64,000 nucleotides of DNA from assembly GCA_000091205.1 (NCBI GenBank), contig AP006493.2; one strand, 5' to 3'. Source of the stretch: Cyanidioschyzon merolae (lineage: Eukaryota). Below are positions 1 to 10,559 of the stretch, piece by piece. The position numbers and the translations under genes are program-made. The notes beneath the pieces were generated by a model. That model did no database searches. It worked only from the letters and a program-made list of their open reading frames with translations, and had not been told where the DNA came from. The number at the start of each line of letters is the position of its first letter. Within the stretch, counting starts at the first letter, position 1.

Positions 1-3000
1 CCCCCCATTCCAGTATTAATGTCTCTAGCGATTGGTCCGAGGGGAATCTTTTCCATCATAGTACTGTGTGTGGCCACCTGGATACTCCAGTACGCGCAGT
101 AGTATGGATGCATTTTAGCTTGACCGCCTCGTCGTTTCCTATGTTTTGGGCCCCGGCCTTCGCGCGTGGTCTGAATCGCGCGCTCGCTTGTGTTGCTTTC
201 GTGTGTGTCGTTCTTCAACATTTTTTGTCTCCGTTTTGTTCTCTCAACATCTCACATCACTTAAATGCTGCTTTCTCGGTGCCAGGTTGTCTCCAATGTA
301 ACGCAAATATCTTATCCGAACAAAGAAAATGTTCACATTATGTTATTTTCGGTATTTTTCTGCTAAGATTCTTGTCGAATTTTGTTCCCATCCTACCTAA
401 TTAATGGCCTTCCAACTGCACATGGCTCGGTATTGTTGAGCTTTCAGTTATCTGCGACTTCAGACCAGCCCAATGGCTGTGTGCGTTGTTTGCTCCGCTT
501 AGTAACTCTGCTATCCTCATCGTGTTTCTTCACACGATTTTGATCGTTGTTTGCAAGCCCTTCGTCCATACATTCATATCCACCGGGTTTCAGAGCTCTC
601 CGAATATCCACAGTAGTCATCATTGTTCGTATTTCGTTCTTGGTTATGAACTTGCTGTAAGTCTCCCTACTCAGCTGCAAGCTCATAGCTACATATCCTC
701 TTTGGAACATATTCTCTGTTGCAACTCTATCTTTTCTCTTTCAGCGTTCCTAGCACTAGCCGTTACCTAGCCCGAATTTGCTAGTGGCTACCTTCCAGGC
801 GACTCTGGTGCGGTTTCTTCGTCGACAGCTTGTAGGTCCGGGACCTGTTGTTGCCTGCGTCTGGATCCGATTCATGGATGATCCGAGAGCAATTTTGGAA
901 AATAAAGACGACCCGAGCCCTAAGATCTCTGGCAGCCATACAGTGACCGTGGGCACTTTATTTCTATTAGGAGCTGCAATCTCCGTTTCCGCGTACCGAT
1001 CATTCTCTAGGAGGCGACCGATATCACTTTGCGCGGTCGGTATGCAGTATGCAGCACACCGGTCTGTACGCCATTTCGCTCAGCAGCTGTGCGTCGCACC
1101 TCGACTGGGCTCGTTTCTGGAGTGAGCGTCTGATACAGGAAACGGACCCTACGTATCGATGCGCGTGCCGTGGTTGTTCAGACAAGGCACATGGATATAA
1201 TTTGTTGGGTCGATTCAGGATTTGAATGTACGTCTAGCGTCGCGTCCTTACCATAAGCATCCACAGGCGCTAAGCGTACGTTATATCTGTTTCTCTCCTG
1301 CCGACCCGTATTCAGCATTCCGACTCGGATTCCGTTTTCAGTGAAGTTGAGAAGATCCAGTACAGCTGATTACCCTCACCCGTGCCCATCAATACGGTCT
1401 AGCAATGCACCTCAGTCTATCGCTTTGCCAGTGCTTGCGGTACCAGGCATAATTTCATACAAGCTGAGATCCAACATTGTTTACCATCCATATAGGTTGT
1501 TTACAGGAATGAACACATTGTCGCAGGGCAGCATGCAGGGAACTACATGTGCACTAGAAACAGACCATGATCGAGGCCTCTTCTTCTGGTCTGTATTCTG
1601 ATTCGTTGGATTCACGCACAACACTGTTCCCTATGCTCTTTCTTGTACGCGTACACTGAATTCACGAACCACTGTTCACTAATCTGTCTAGTTATTGCCC
1701 CTACACATCTCTAGAGTAGCAATAGCATTGTTCCGCGCTACCGTTCCTGGAAGGCGGAATCAGCCACCGCGCCGCCTCGGCATCAAAGAGCAGCTGGCCC
1801 CGATATGAAAATGAGCTTTTCGCCCATACAAGTCTGCTTGCGGCTGCTACAGGGATGCTTGGTTGGAGGCAAAGATCGCGAGCACCCAAACTCTGACCTT
1901 AGCGTCCTTGCTTCTTGTTTATTGTTCAAAGCTTGCTGCTTGGCGTCTCGCCTTTATTCCTTATGACCTAGAGTTTACCAGATGCGGCTTCTGAAACATG
2001 CTGCCGGCACCGTATCCACAAAGCACAGACTGGCTTCACCTGTAGCTCACTCCGGACATGTAGCGGTTCATGCCGATAAACGCACTAGAGCCAGTACTCG
2101 AACCACTCCAAACGCGGGTACCGCGGAAGAGTCGGAGCTTGTCTGGACGAGACTGTAGCAAACTCCAAGGTACCAGTTGAATGTCGCGCGTCCACTTGAG
2201 CTTCATCTAGACTTACATCATGCACATTCTGACTAGCTTCGCTGCGTGAGGGTTGCGCTCTGGGCTACGCCTCGTCGGTCGGAGTCGTGGCGACAGGCCC
2301 AATCAGGTCGATCGTTCCATAAGCACCGGTTTGTTGCTAGCAGTAGGCTGCCTTGTGCGATCAGCAGGACTGGCACGACTGTGCTCATGAGCACGGGAAC
2401 TTGCTTTGCATTAATTATGAAGTATATACATAGTGTGCGTCTTCCAGGGCACCAGAACATAAATATAAACATCGTTCTACACAAAGTTTGGAGCAGTGTG
2501 CAGAGCTTCTGGCACAGTACACTCTGCCTTTATAACTATGGGGATCAGGCTGTGGTAACGTTCTTTCTAGTGACGTCTACTGACAGCCAGGGTCATTTCA
2601 CTGCCGATATTTTTCCTGGCAGTCCTTCTCATCTGCAGTGCATCAACGGAATAACCGTGAGATATTTACTCCTTGGCCTTATAACTTTCCGTTTTCATGC
2701 TTTCCACTGCAGGAGCTGTAGAATTGTACGACTATAACCAATTCTATTTCTCCACATTCAGTCGCGAATCTTGATCATATTGCATCCAATATTGCATTTC
2801 GTTTTTTTTTTTGAAATAATTTCCATAGATTTTTCTCGTATCTTCCCAACTGTGAAATCCTTAACGCTCTCACTGCACCGTTCCAAGCACCACGCCACAG
2901 TGCTAACAGCCAATTTTCATATCTGAATGTATGTTCGAGCGGAGCGCTCAACAACTCCCCAGCCACCATACTATTTCGAAGCATAGATGCATGCAATGCT

Positions 3001-3327
3001 CGGCTCATTCTTTCTCATGTAACCGACAGCTGCTGCTTTGACTCTCGGGAAGTATTGGCGCTACTGTACTTCTTCGCACATAAAACTGTATTCCGCGGCT
3101 TTCCACGATAGCACACACGAATACTTGTATGCTACTTTGCTCGTTCGTATAAGTTGCTATGGTTGTGTGTCTTACCGTAATGCCTGGCAATATGCTGCGG
3201 GATGCTTTTTCGCGATAGAGCGCGTATTACCATCATTGCTCAAACACTATCCTATGGCAGAAAAAGCGGCACCTAGAGTGGTACCATCGGTACTGTTCGC
3301 CCCTGTTTTGCAGAGCAGATTGCCAGA

Positions 3328-5544
3328 TCAGCAGGCTGCAACTACAACACTTACGCGAGCCTCCGTTAAAACACGTGCTGCACTCGTCCAAATGTGATAG
3401 AGCCTTTCTGCATACGGCATGATACCCACAATACCCTCTGTGCCGAGCCCTGATCCCCATACCTTGCGCAGAGCATCGACCCGCGCAGGCCACAACACTG
3501 CATGTGCCACAGCATGCGATGCGTACGTCCCGTAGCAGCTCACGAGAACGCCGTCGACCACAAGGCGCCCTGAGCGAGTCAACGGCGCATAGAGACCATT
3601 GTGCGTAACTAAAGTCTCGATTGCCACTACGGGGTCCGGCAGGTGCGCAGCAACGTCCAGCAGAGCGTCGCCAACGCGGATTTCTTCCGCGAAAACTGCC
3701 TCAACGGCGGAGGTATCCAACTCAAGGCTCTGACGTATGTGCTCCTGCTGATGCTGCTGCTGCTGCTTCTGTGAAATACACGAGAAAGCGGTCGTCATAC
3801 CGTAAAAGTCTCTAGAGTGTTCGATCATTCGATATACCAGATGCTGTCTCGTCAGACGCAGCTGCTTTCCGGAACGCGTCTTGATCGCCAGAATCTCTGC
3901 AGTAGCGCCGGCCTCGTTATGCAACCATCCTAGTACACTATCTTCGACCAGTTGCCCGCGCCCATTGACGCCCATTACGGCCATACCTGATCGAAGCTCG
4001 CTTATCTGCAGATGGTTGCCCAGACCATCGATCAGCACCGAGGCATCCGCGGGGAAGCAGACCGCAGAGCCTTCGCCCACAGCGGTCTGCGTCACATTTG
4101 TCGTTGCCGACGGTTCTGCAGTAACGGAGGGCGTCGGTGATGCCGTCGGAGTAGGCGTCGGTGTTGCGATGTATAATGTGAAGAGGTCATTATAGATGCC
4201 TGGTTTGCCTAGGCCTCCGAACAGGACCGGGTCGTTTTGATCGGTATCCCAAAGAACTGCACCGTATCGCGGAGGTGGAAGCGTAGTATTGCTTGTCTTG
4301 TTAAGCTCGCCGTAGCTATAGGCTCCATTCGTTGTATTGTCACCGTCTACCCAAGTCCATTCAAGACTCGTAATATTGAACGTCCACAGGTCGTTGCAGG
4401 CACCGGGTGAACTACCACCGAAGAGATACAGAGTGTTTGACGAGTCTACAAATCCAGAGGAAAAGGACCTGTACCCCGGAGTGTTGCTCGATGACGGCAC
4501 TCCTTTCTCGCCGTATACTGCCCCATTCAAACCAATTTTTTCATCTCCAGACATCCAGGTCCATTCTTTGGAGCTGACATTGTACAGCCATAAATCATTG
4601 AGAAGGCCGCCAGGTCTGACAATCTCTCCATCACCGCCAAAGAGCCAAAAGTTCCCATCAAGGTCTCGCCACGATGTGGCTCCGTAACGTCCCGCGGGAT
4701 AATTGCTCGGCGATGCCTGGCGAAACGTACCATAGCTTCCAGAGGGGTCCGGCTCTTGACTGCCCCCTACCCAGCTCCATTCGTTGTTCGCTGGGTTATA
4801 CTGCCACAAGTCACCGTAACTACTTCCATTAGCACCAGATCCACCAAAGAGATAAAACTGGTCATCCAAGCCAACCCAGGCCGCGGTTTTGTAGCGAGCA
4901 CCAGGCGTGTTGCTTGAAGACGAGTTTCCACGAGGACCATATGTCGGGGAAACATTGGTCTTGTTGGATCCCTGCACCCATGTCCATTCGCCCGACGATA
5001 CATTATACATCCACATATCACTATAGCCCGAGTTAAAATTCCAGCCTCCATATAGCCAAAGGTTTCCGTAGCTGTCGCTCCAACCAGCGGATTGCGTCCT
5101 CGAAGGCGGATGGTTGCTCTTGTTGGGAACTCCGCGGGAGCCGTATACCCCTGCAGAGTTGAGGGATGCAGAGCCTCCAACCCAGGTCCAAGAGAACGTG
5201 CTTAGATTGTAGTTCCAGAGATCACCGAAGACGTCTCTCAAGTCGCTGCCACCACCAAACAACCAGAGCACCCCGTCAGCGCCGGTCCAGAAGACCGCAC
5301 CGTACCGCGCCGGAGGCACGTTGCTGGTGTTCGGCACACCCTGAACACCGTAGCTACCTGAACTGCCGGTAGAGTTACTGCCACCGATCCAGGTCCATAA
5401 AAAAGTATCTTCGGAGGACAAAACTCCACGAACTGTGTGTGTACTCGACACAACCAATACTACCACCAGGAGTCTCACTATGGAAAAATATCTTTTTCGC
5501 ATATAGGATACGAAAGGGGTTCTGCACCAGTGAAAAGAAAACAC
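3328..5544 (-). CDS. Secreted Kelch-repeat (6-bladed propeller-like) protein fused to a C-terminal Hedgehog-type Hint (Hog) autoprocessing domain
   Basis: Single 738-aa ORF that ends in TGA. The N-terminus has a probable signal peptide (from the 2nd Met, MRKRYFSIVRLLVVVLVVSS). It has about 6 Kelch-like repeats (LWLFGG ... DLWxYN ... WTWVxG ... PxxRYG) with many NxS/T sequons, then a Thr/Pro-rich linker (TPTPTPTASPTPS), then a Hint domain. The Hint domain starts with the Hedgehog cleavage motif G|CFPADASVLIDG and ends with NGLYAPLTRSGRLVVDGVLVSCYGTYASHAVAHAVLWP, which resembles the Hh Hog region around SCYA. Confidence 0.8.
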   Translation of the reverse strand: MFSFHWCRTPFVSYMRKRYFSIVRLLVVVLVVSSTHTVRGVLSSEDTFLWTWIGGSNSTGSSGSYGVQGVPNTSNVPPARYGAVFWTGADGVLWLFGGGSDLRDVFGDLWNYNLSTFSWTWVGGSASLNSAGVYGSRGVPNKSNHPPSRTQSAGWSDSYGNLWLYGGWNFNSGYSDMWMYNVSSGEWTWVQGSNKTNVSPTYGPRGNSSSSNTPGARYKTAAWVGLDDQFYLFGGSGANGSSYGDLWQYNPANNEWSWVGGSQEPDPSGSYGTFRQASPSNYPAGRYGATSWRDLDGNFWLFGGDGEIVRPGGLLNDLWLYNVSSKEWTWMSGDEKIGLNGAVYGEKGVPSSSNTPGYRSFSSGFVDSSNTLYLFGGSSPGACNDLWTFNITSLEWTWVDGDNTTNGAYSYGELNKTSNTTLPPPRYGAVLWDTDQNDPVLFGGLGKPGIYNDLFTLYIATPTPTPTASPTPSVTAEPSATTNVTQTAVGEGSAVCFPADASVLIDGLGNHLQISELRSGMAVMGVNGRGQLVEDSVLGWLHNEAGATAEILAIKTRSGKQLRLTRQHLVYRMIEHSRDFYGMTTAFSCISQKQQQQHQQEHIRQSLELDTSAVEAVFAEEIRVGDALLDVAAHLPDPVVAIETLVTHNGLYAPLTRSGRLVVDGVLVSCYGTYASHAVAHAVLWPARVDALRKVWGSGLGTEGIVGIMPYAERLYHIWTSAARVLTEARVSVVVAAC

Positions 5545-6300
5545 CTCCCAGGGAAACGAGTTGCTTAGAATCTACAGGGATAGGAGAGCCTCCAGCTGCT
5601 GGTACTGTTGTCACTGTTGTCTCCGTCCTTACCACCACCAGGCTCCACGAAGTATTCTGAGGTAAGCAGCACGGGAGCGCGTCAAGCACCGCCGTCTGAA
5701 TGACGCAGATCTGCGCACGGCGCTCCCGAAACGGGACATTTCTGGAATAAACGGCCAAAGATATTTTGCAGCGCCTGCTACTGAGTTTCATGAAGGCGCT
5801 CTCGTAATGGCAATGCAAGATAGTCGTCTACGCCGCAGTCGTGTTTCAGATACACATGCAGAGTCCAAACACCCAAAAGGTCTAATAGCATGCCCGTCGC
5901 ACATTCGGACCCGGCCTGCTATGACGCAGTACGAACAACTCCCTCTTTCTGCAGGTCATCTGCATATTTGTTGGCATCCCGTCTAGAGGTATGTTTGGTG
6001 TCCAGATACCCTCAACATTGGATTATGGGCCGCCAACCCGGACTGGAAGGTTGCGTGCATGCATGTGCGAACTATATTGCACAACTAAGATCCTCATGGA
6101 ATGAATATATCAATAACTGAAACACATTCTTAGTTCTATGGTCGCGCGCGGGGCTGTACAGATAGCTGGCGTCAACGCAGTGGTTCATACTGAACCACTT
6201 GCTGAGGCATGCGTTGAGGTCGACACCAATACGACGCACTTGGAGACGCAGTTGCAGTCGCAATAATGGCACTCGGAGTCGGTGTGGGACTAATCTACAA

Positions 6301-7377
6301 TCACTCGTTGTTGATGCACTCCTCGCCAGAGCGGCAACAACGCACCTTGTTCACAAGGTTATCCGAAGCGATCAGGTACGTCCCGCACTGCTTTGTAGGG
6401 TCCTTGCATACACAGAATGACGGCAACAGCACCTGTTGCTGCTGCTGCTGTTGTCGCAGGTTATTGCTGTTGCTGAACGGGTTGTACGTACAGTTCTCTA
6501 TCTCGGCGTTGCAGCACTCCGGGCCACACGGAATATAGCTCGAGTTCGATACGTTGCCGGTCGTGCCGCTCATCGAGTTCGAGACGTACCCATACGCCTG
6601 GCACACGTACTCGGTCATCGGCTGGAAGCACTCGATGCCGATCCCCAGGCAGCAACCAGCCTCCAGACACTGCTGCGGCGAGTAGCTCGTGCGCTGCGTC
6701 CCGTGCTGCTCCCCGTACAGAAGCGTGTTCAGCAGACGCACAAACTGGTTGTTGTTGATATTATTGTTGGGCAGCTGCTGGTTCTGATTCACCGCGTTCG
6801 TGCACGGCTGGCGCTCAAACTCGCCCACAGCGCACGTCTTCTCGGGCTGGAAGCAGTACGGGTTCGACTCAAAGTCGCTCTGCTGCTTGCTGTTCTGCAC
6901 CCACTGGTTCTGCGCCTGCGAGTCGTAGCAGCAGCCCTAGGCATACCAGGTAAACTGGTTGATACCCGCGTTGCCGCACGGCTGGCGCTGCGCTCCCGGT
7001 GACGGGCAGACGGGTACTGGTGCCTGCACCTCCTGCAGCGCTACAGAGGCCTGCGGTGCATGGTTGATGTCGTAGTAGCACCAGGGCGCCAGGATGCCGT
7101 TCGCTGTTGGCTGCCAGCAGCATCCCGGTATCGCAGTGCACTCGTCTGGATAGATATAGCTCCAGCCGCAGGGGACGCGCTGCGTCACTGGAACAGCGCT
7201 GCACGCCGCTGAGACGCTCTTCAGAGTGCACGCGTTCGTCTGGGCGTTGAAGCAGCACCCGACTCGCTCGTAAGCGTCCTGGTTGATGCACTGTCCTGGA
7301 GATCCGCAGAGCTCATTGCAGAAATGGGGTGGGCGTCCGCGAAGTTTCTGGTGTTGGAGTAGGGGATGTTCCTCTCA
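6301..7377 (-). pseudogene. Cys-rich extracellular protein with trefoil (P-type) domain(s) and an N/Q-rich low-complexity region; the reading frame contains an in-frame TAG
   Basis: The minus-strand frame reads ...CNELCGSPGQCINQDAYERVGCCFNAQTNAC...RVPCGWSYIYPDECTAIPGCCWQPTANGILAPWCYYD, a textbook trefoil pattern (C..R.D/PC.......C...GCC[FW]......PWC[FY]). The same frame continues ...NQFTWYA*GCCYD... across a TAG at about 6934-6936, into ORF 6301-6900, which is full of Cys pairs and poly-Q/N. No ATG or signal peptide is present in this exon; see the neighbouring Kelch exon. Confidence 0.5.
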
Positions 7378-7428
7378 ATGAAAAGACATCATTGATAAAG
7401 TCACTGCAAGCGTGTTTGAACATCCAAA

Positions 7429-7614
7429 TCAACCAAATATGATCGGATCAGTCTCAATGTTGTTCCAGAATGCTGACCCATAGCGAGCACCTGGTACAAT
7501 CCTTGGGTCGGATTCGTTCAATGCACCATATCTTGCTGGAGCATTCACTGCCGAGCTTTCATTAATCCACGCCCGTTGACCCACTTTGATATCGAATACC
7601 CACAGATTTTTCAA
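7429..7614 (-). CDS. Single Kelch-repeat exon or fragment, possibly spliced to the trefoil gene through a 60-nt GT...AG intron
   Basis: ORF MKNLWVFDIKVGQRAWINESSAVNAPARYG...IIFG parallels the Kelch repeats of the 3328-5544 protein. A GT donor just after ...ATA TTT G and an AG acceptor 60 nt downstream (7439 to 7380) would join it in frame to ...EEHPLLQHQKLRGRPPHFCNELCGSPGQC (the trefoil exon). Confidence 0.35.
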   Translation of the reverse strand: MKNLWVFDIKVGQRAWINESSAVNAPARYGALNESDPRIVPGARYGSAFWNNIETDPIIFG

Positions 7615-8083
7615 ACGTCTGCAAGTGCGCTTCTATTGCCGTATTCTTCACCGCACAGAATTACCCAAATAAACACGCTCTGCCCTCTTGAACGACCACA
7701 GTTGGCAGTCTCTGGCGCATTCGATGCGAAGTAGGTCATAGCTATAGCTAAATGAATCACTATTGAAGTACGCTTTATGACTTGCGAAGCAATTTTGGTT
7801 CTCTACATCAGGAGGAGTGCCCTTTCACCCGATCACTATCCGATCGTGACAGTGGGGTGTCGTCTCATCGTTACGCTGTTGCTCTTACATCTGTTCTTGA
7901 AGCAGTGGTCTGCGCTCCGAAGCCGCATCTCATTCTCATCACTAACAAACCTTAGACAGGGGCCAAGATAGTCGACTTGAGGACTCGCCACCGTAAAGCC
8001 TGGTCGATCAGATCAAGACTCAGTTCGAATAGCTGATCTGCCTTGTCGATTTCGTACGTTGGTTCAATAACCTGCGGTTTCGT

Positions 8084-9211
8084 CTACTCACGCCCATCGG
8101 TATACTTGCCACGCCACTGACAATACGACCCCGAGTCCGAGAACTGTCCCTGGGTCGCCACTTCGGCTACGCGGCGGCCGGCCCCATCATTGGGAACGTA
8201 TTGCCGAGTGATGTACTTCTGAAGAATCGGGAAGAATACGTAGCGGAACCAGCCACGCTTTTCGGGGAAGAGGTTGCCGTCGGCGACACATCCGGGAATA
8301 ATAGCCACAGAGGTCACCCCGTCGCGGCCGTATCGATCACTGAGCGCCTTCGTTGTTAACACCTTCGCGGCTTTGGCGTCTTTGTAGGCTTTTGTGGGCT
8401 CAAACGGGCCTCTGTCCACCATGCCTGTCGTCTGCGGACCGAGCCCCGCGGCTAGACCAGACAAATCACCGAGACGAGCCTGTGGGGGGATCTTTCCCGG
8501 CAGCGAATTCGGCGAGTGGGTCTGAGTCGTCAGAAACACAATGCGCCTGCGCGATATTTTCAGCTTCGGCAACAGCTCCCGACATAGAAGCAAATGGCTC
8601 AGATGGCACACGTGCATGGTTTCCTCGATGCCGCCCACCGTGAAACGCGGTTTCTTGTCCGGCGGATGCTATATTGCGGCATTGCAGATCAGGGCATCCA
8701 GGTGATCGACGCGCGCCACACTTGACAGCTCTCTCACAAACTTTAATACAGAGGCGAAATCAGCCAGATCACAATGCAGCACTGTATAGGTGTCCTTTGG
8801 AAGGTTTACGCTGTTTGCTGCGCGCTCCGCCCGGTCGACGTCACGACATGCCATGACGATGTGCCAGTTGCCCTTGTTGACCAGAGCGCGAGCTGCATAC
8901 AGACCGACCCCAGAGGACGCGCCAGTGATCACGGCGATCTGCGACTGTTTCGGGCCCATACGAAGATGCAGCGCGTGGTGCCGGCGCGCTACAGGCGAAC
9001 GCTGCACCACCAAAGGAAGCGGATGCTGGCAGTGGTAACGATGTCCAGCTGCGAAGCACCTGTCACGTGCGGTACACAGCGGAAACGGTGCTCGAGTTGC
9101 AGCGGGTGCGCCAACTATGTGTTTTTCCTGGCACAGTGAAAAACAAACCAATACGTCTTGCAGTTTTTTGGGATAGATTTTCTCCGGTGGTAAAGCTGCC
9201 AACTTCATCAC
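8084..9211 (-). CDS. POR: Light-dependent NADPH:protochlorophyllide oxidoreductase (SDR family) with an N-terminal transit-peptide-like extension; one in-frame TAG (8669-8671)
   Basis: VITGASSGVGLYAARALVNKGNWHIVMACRD...LICNAAI, then TAG, then HPPDKKPRFTVGGIEETMHVCHLSHLLL...LGDLSGLAAGLG...KAYKDAKAAKVLTT...FPILQKYITRQYVPNDGAGRRVAEV. This aligns residue by residue with plant and algal POR. The TAG sits exactly at the conserved Tyr of CNAAVY(L/H)P. The two ORFs are in the same frame, and no GT/AG intron can remove the stop. Confidence 0.8.
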
Positions 9212-9513
9212 CGACTAAAGTCGTTCGCGTACGCATGCATTTCCAGTGAGAAATCTCTTTCTCGTTGCTGCACGAGTGATCGCCCGTCAATTGCACAGAG
9301 TCCGACTTCTGACTCCCGTAGACTGTCTAGCGTTGAGCGCATCGAGCACAAGCGCTCAATGTCTTCCACAGAGACGAGGCAAAGCTCTTATCATTCCAGA
9401 CACCAACCTCGCCAGTACTAGTAACTCAGTGCTCCGCATTGTTGCGCTTAGATATCACAACGATCGTAGTGGCACGATGCTGCACCCCGGCGTACGGCGC
9501 AGCGGACACGCAA

Positions 9514-9682
9514 GGGAATTCCCTCCAGCGGGATGATTTCGGCGCATATGCATCTGCCAAGGCGATGCTTCGAACAGCTGAGCTATTAGGGAATTCCCTC
9601 CAGCGGGATGATTTCGGCGCATATGCATCTGCCAAGGCGATGCTTAGAACAGCAGAGCTATTAGGGAATTCCCTCCCGCGCT
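9514..9682. repeat. 75-bp tandem repeat (2.2 copies) containing GGGAATTCCC and GCATATGC palindromes; upstream of POR
   Basis: The unit GGGAATTCCCTCCAGCGGGATGATTTCGGCGCATATGCATCTGCCAAGGCGATGCTTCGAACAGCTGAGCTATTA recurs at 9514, 9589 and 9664 (partial). Confidence 0.85.
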
Positions 9683-10559
9683 ATGCTTTCATTGGTTCGT
9701 CAGAGCCTTTCCATTGATTATATATTCCATATTGCCGGACCGATATTGGCTTTCGTGAAAGCGTCCATTATGCTGAGAAATATCTGTACGTTCCATCGCT
9801 TTTGCTTACTCTCGGCTGTTCTGGTCGTTTCATAGTTTCTTGCGTGCGTAGGTTATCTGTCGTGAGCACCCGCCGTAGCCTCTCTATCGCGTTGCGTAAG
9901 CACGCTGGAAACAGAGCAGCTCTTGCGTACCACTGGGCGCGTTGGAAGAGGCTTGGGTCATGCTACATGGGGTCAGGGAGATATTTTTTTCTTTGGAGCC
10001 TCCACGCGGCTCTTGCATACCACTTGCATGCGGTAGCGTTAAACGGTGTACTATTAGTCCACCGCGACGATGTTGACGCCCAGACGCAGCATGCCCGCTG
10101 CTAGTTCCAAGTTCAATTGCGTTTCGGAGGAACTGCCCAGGTTCCCCTTATCACTCTCCACTGAAATTTACACGGGGGCAGGCCGATAGATTTTCTCGGC
10201 TCGCAGACCTCCCACCTAAATGTAACACTGGACCATACGCGAAAACATCTTCCTTTTAAAGTTTACACCAGGTGGCGATATTACTCGCTATCCTGTTTTT
10301 GGATATTGGTTAGCTTTTTTTCTCTGTCGTGCGTCTTGGTAACGCATCGCGAAATCTGGCCGCCACGTCACACTACGTGCGTCTTGCCGATCAACGGAAA
10401 CGCTTTAATGACCTCTCCTGGAGCGACTGCTCTATCGGGGCCACTTGTTTTTGCGATCGAATCGTAGCAAAGTATAGTTTTGGCTTCAATGGCGTTTCAT
10501 TCTTCAAGAAAATGTATTAAACTTATTTTCGCCGTTCAAAGCAGAAGCGTCCACTCAGT

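Noticed and set aside
1-3300. Gene in the first 3.3 kb (ORFs 66-404, 778-1125, 2246-2737)
   Set aside because: None has a recognisable domain or a convincing start and stop context. This may be UTR or intergenic sequence, or a spliced gene I cannot reconstruct.
3621-5660. Plus-strand ORFs inside the Kelch-Hog gene (3621-3815, 3881-4195, 4337-4687, 5166-5372 and others) and ORFs 6436-7002(+) and 6869-7291(-) over the trefoil gene
   Set aside because: These are GC-rich antisense or out-of-frame ORFs overlapping a strongly supported CDS. They are a typical artefact of high GC content.
6934-8671. Stop-codon reassignment (TAG as a sense codon, e.g. Tyr or Gln) as the explanation for in-frame TAGs in the POR and trefoil genes
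   Set aside because: ADK, Trk/HKT, the GT8 gene, TSC2 and the 916-aa ORF all end with TAG exactly where the conserved protein ends. The 2176-aa, 944-aa and 819-aa ORFs contain no internal TAG at all. TAG is therefore a genuine terminator here.
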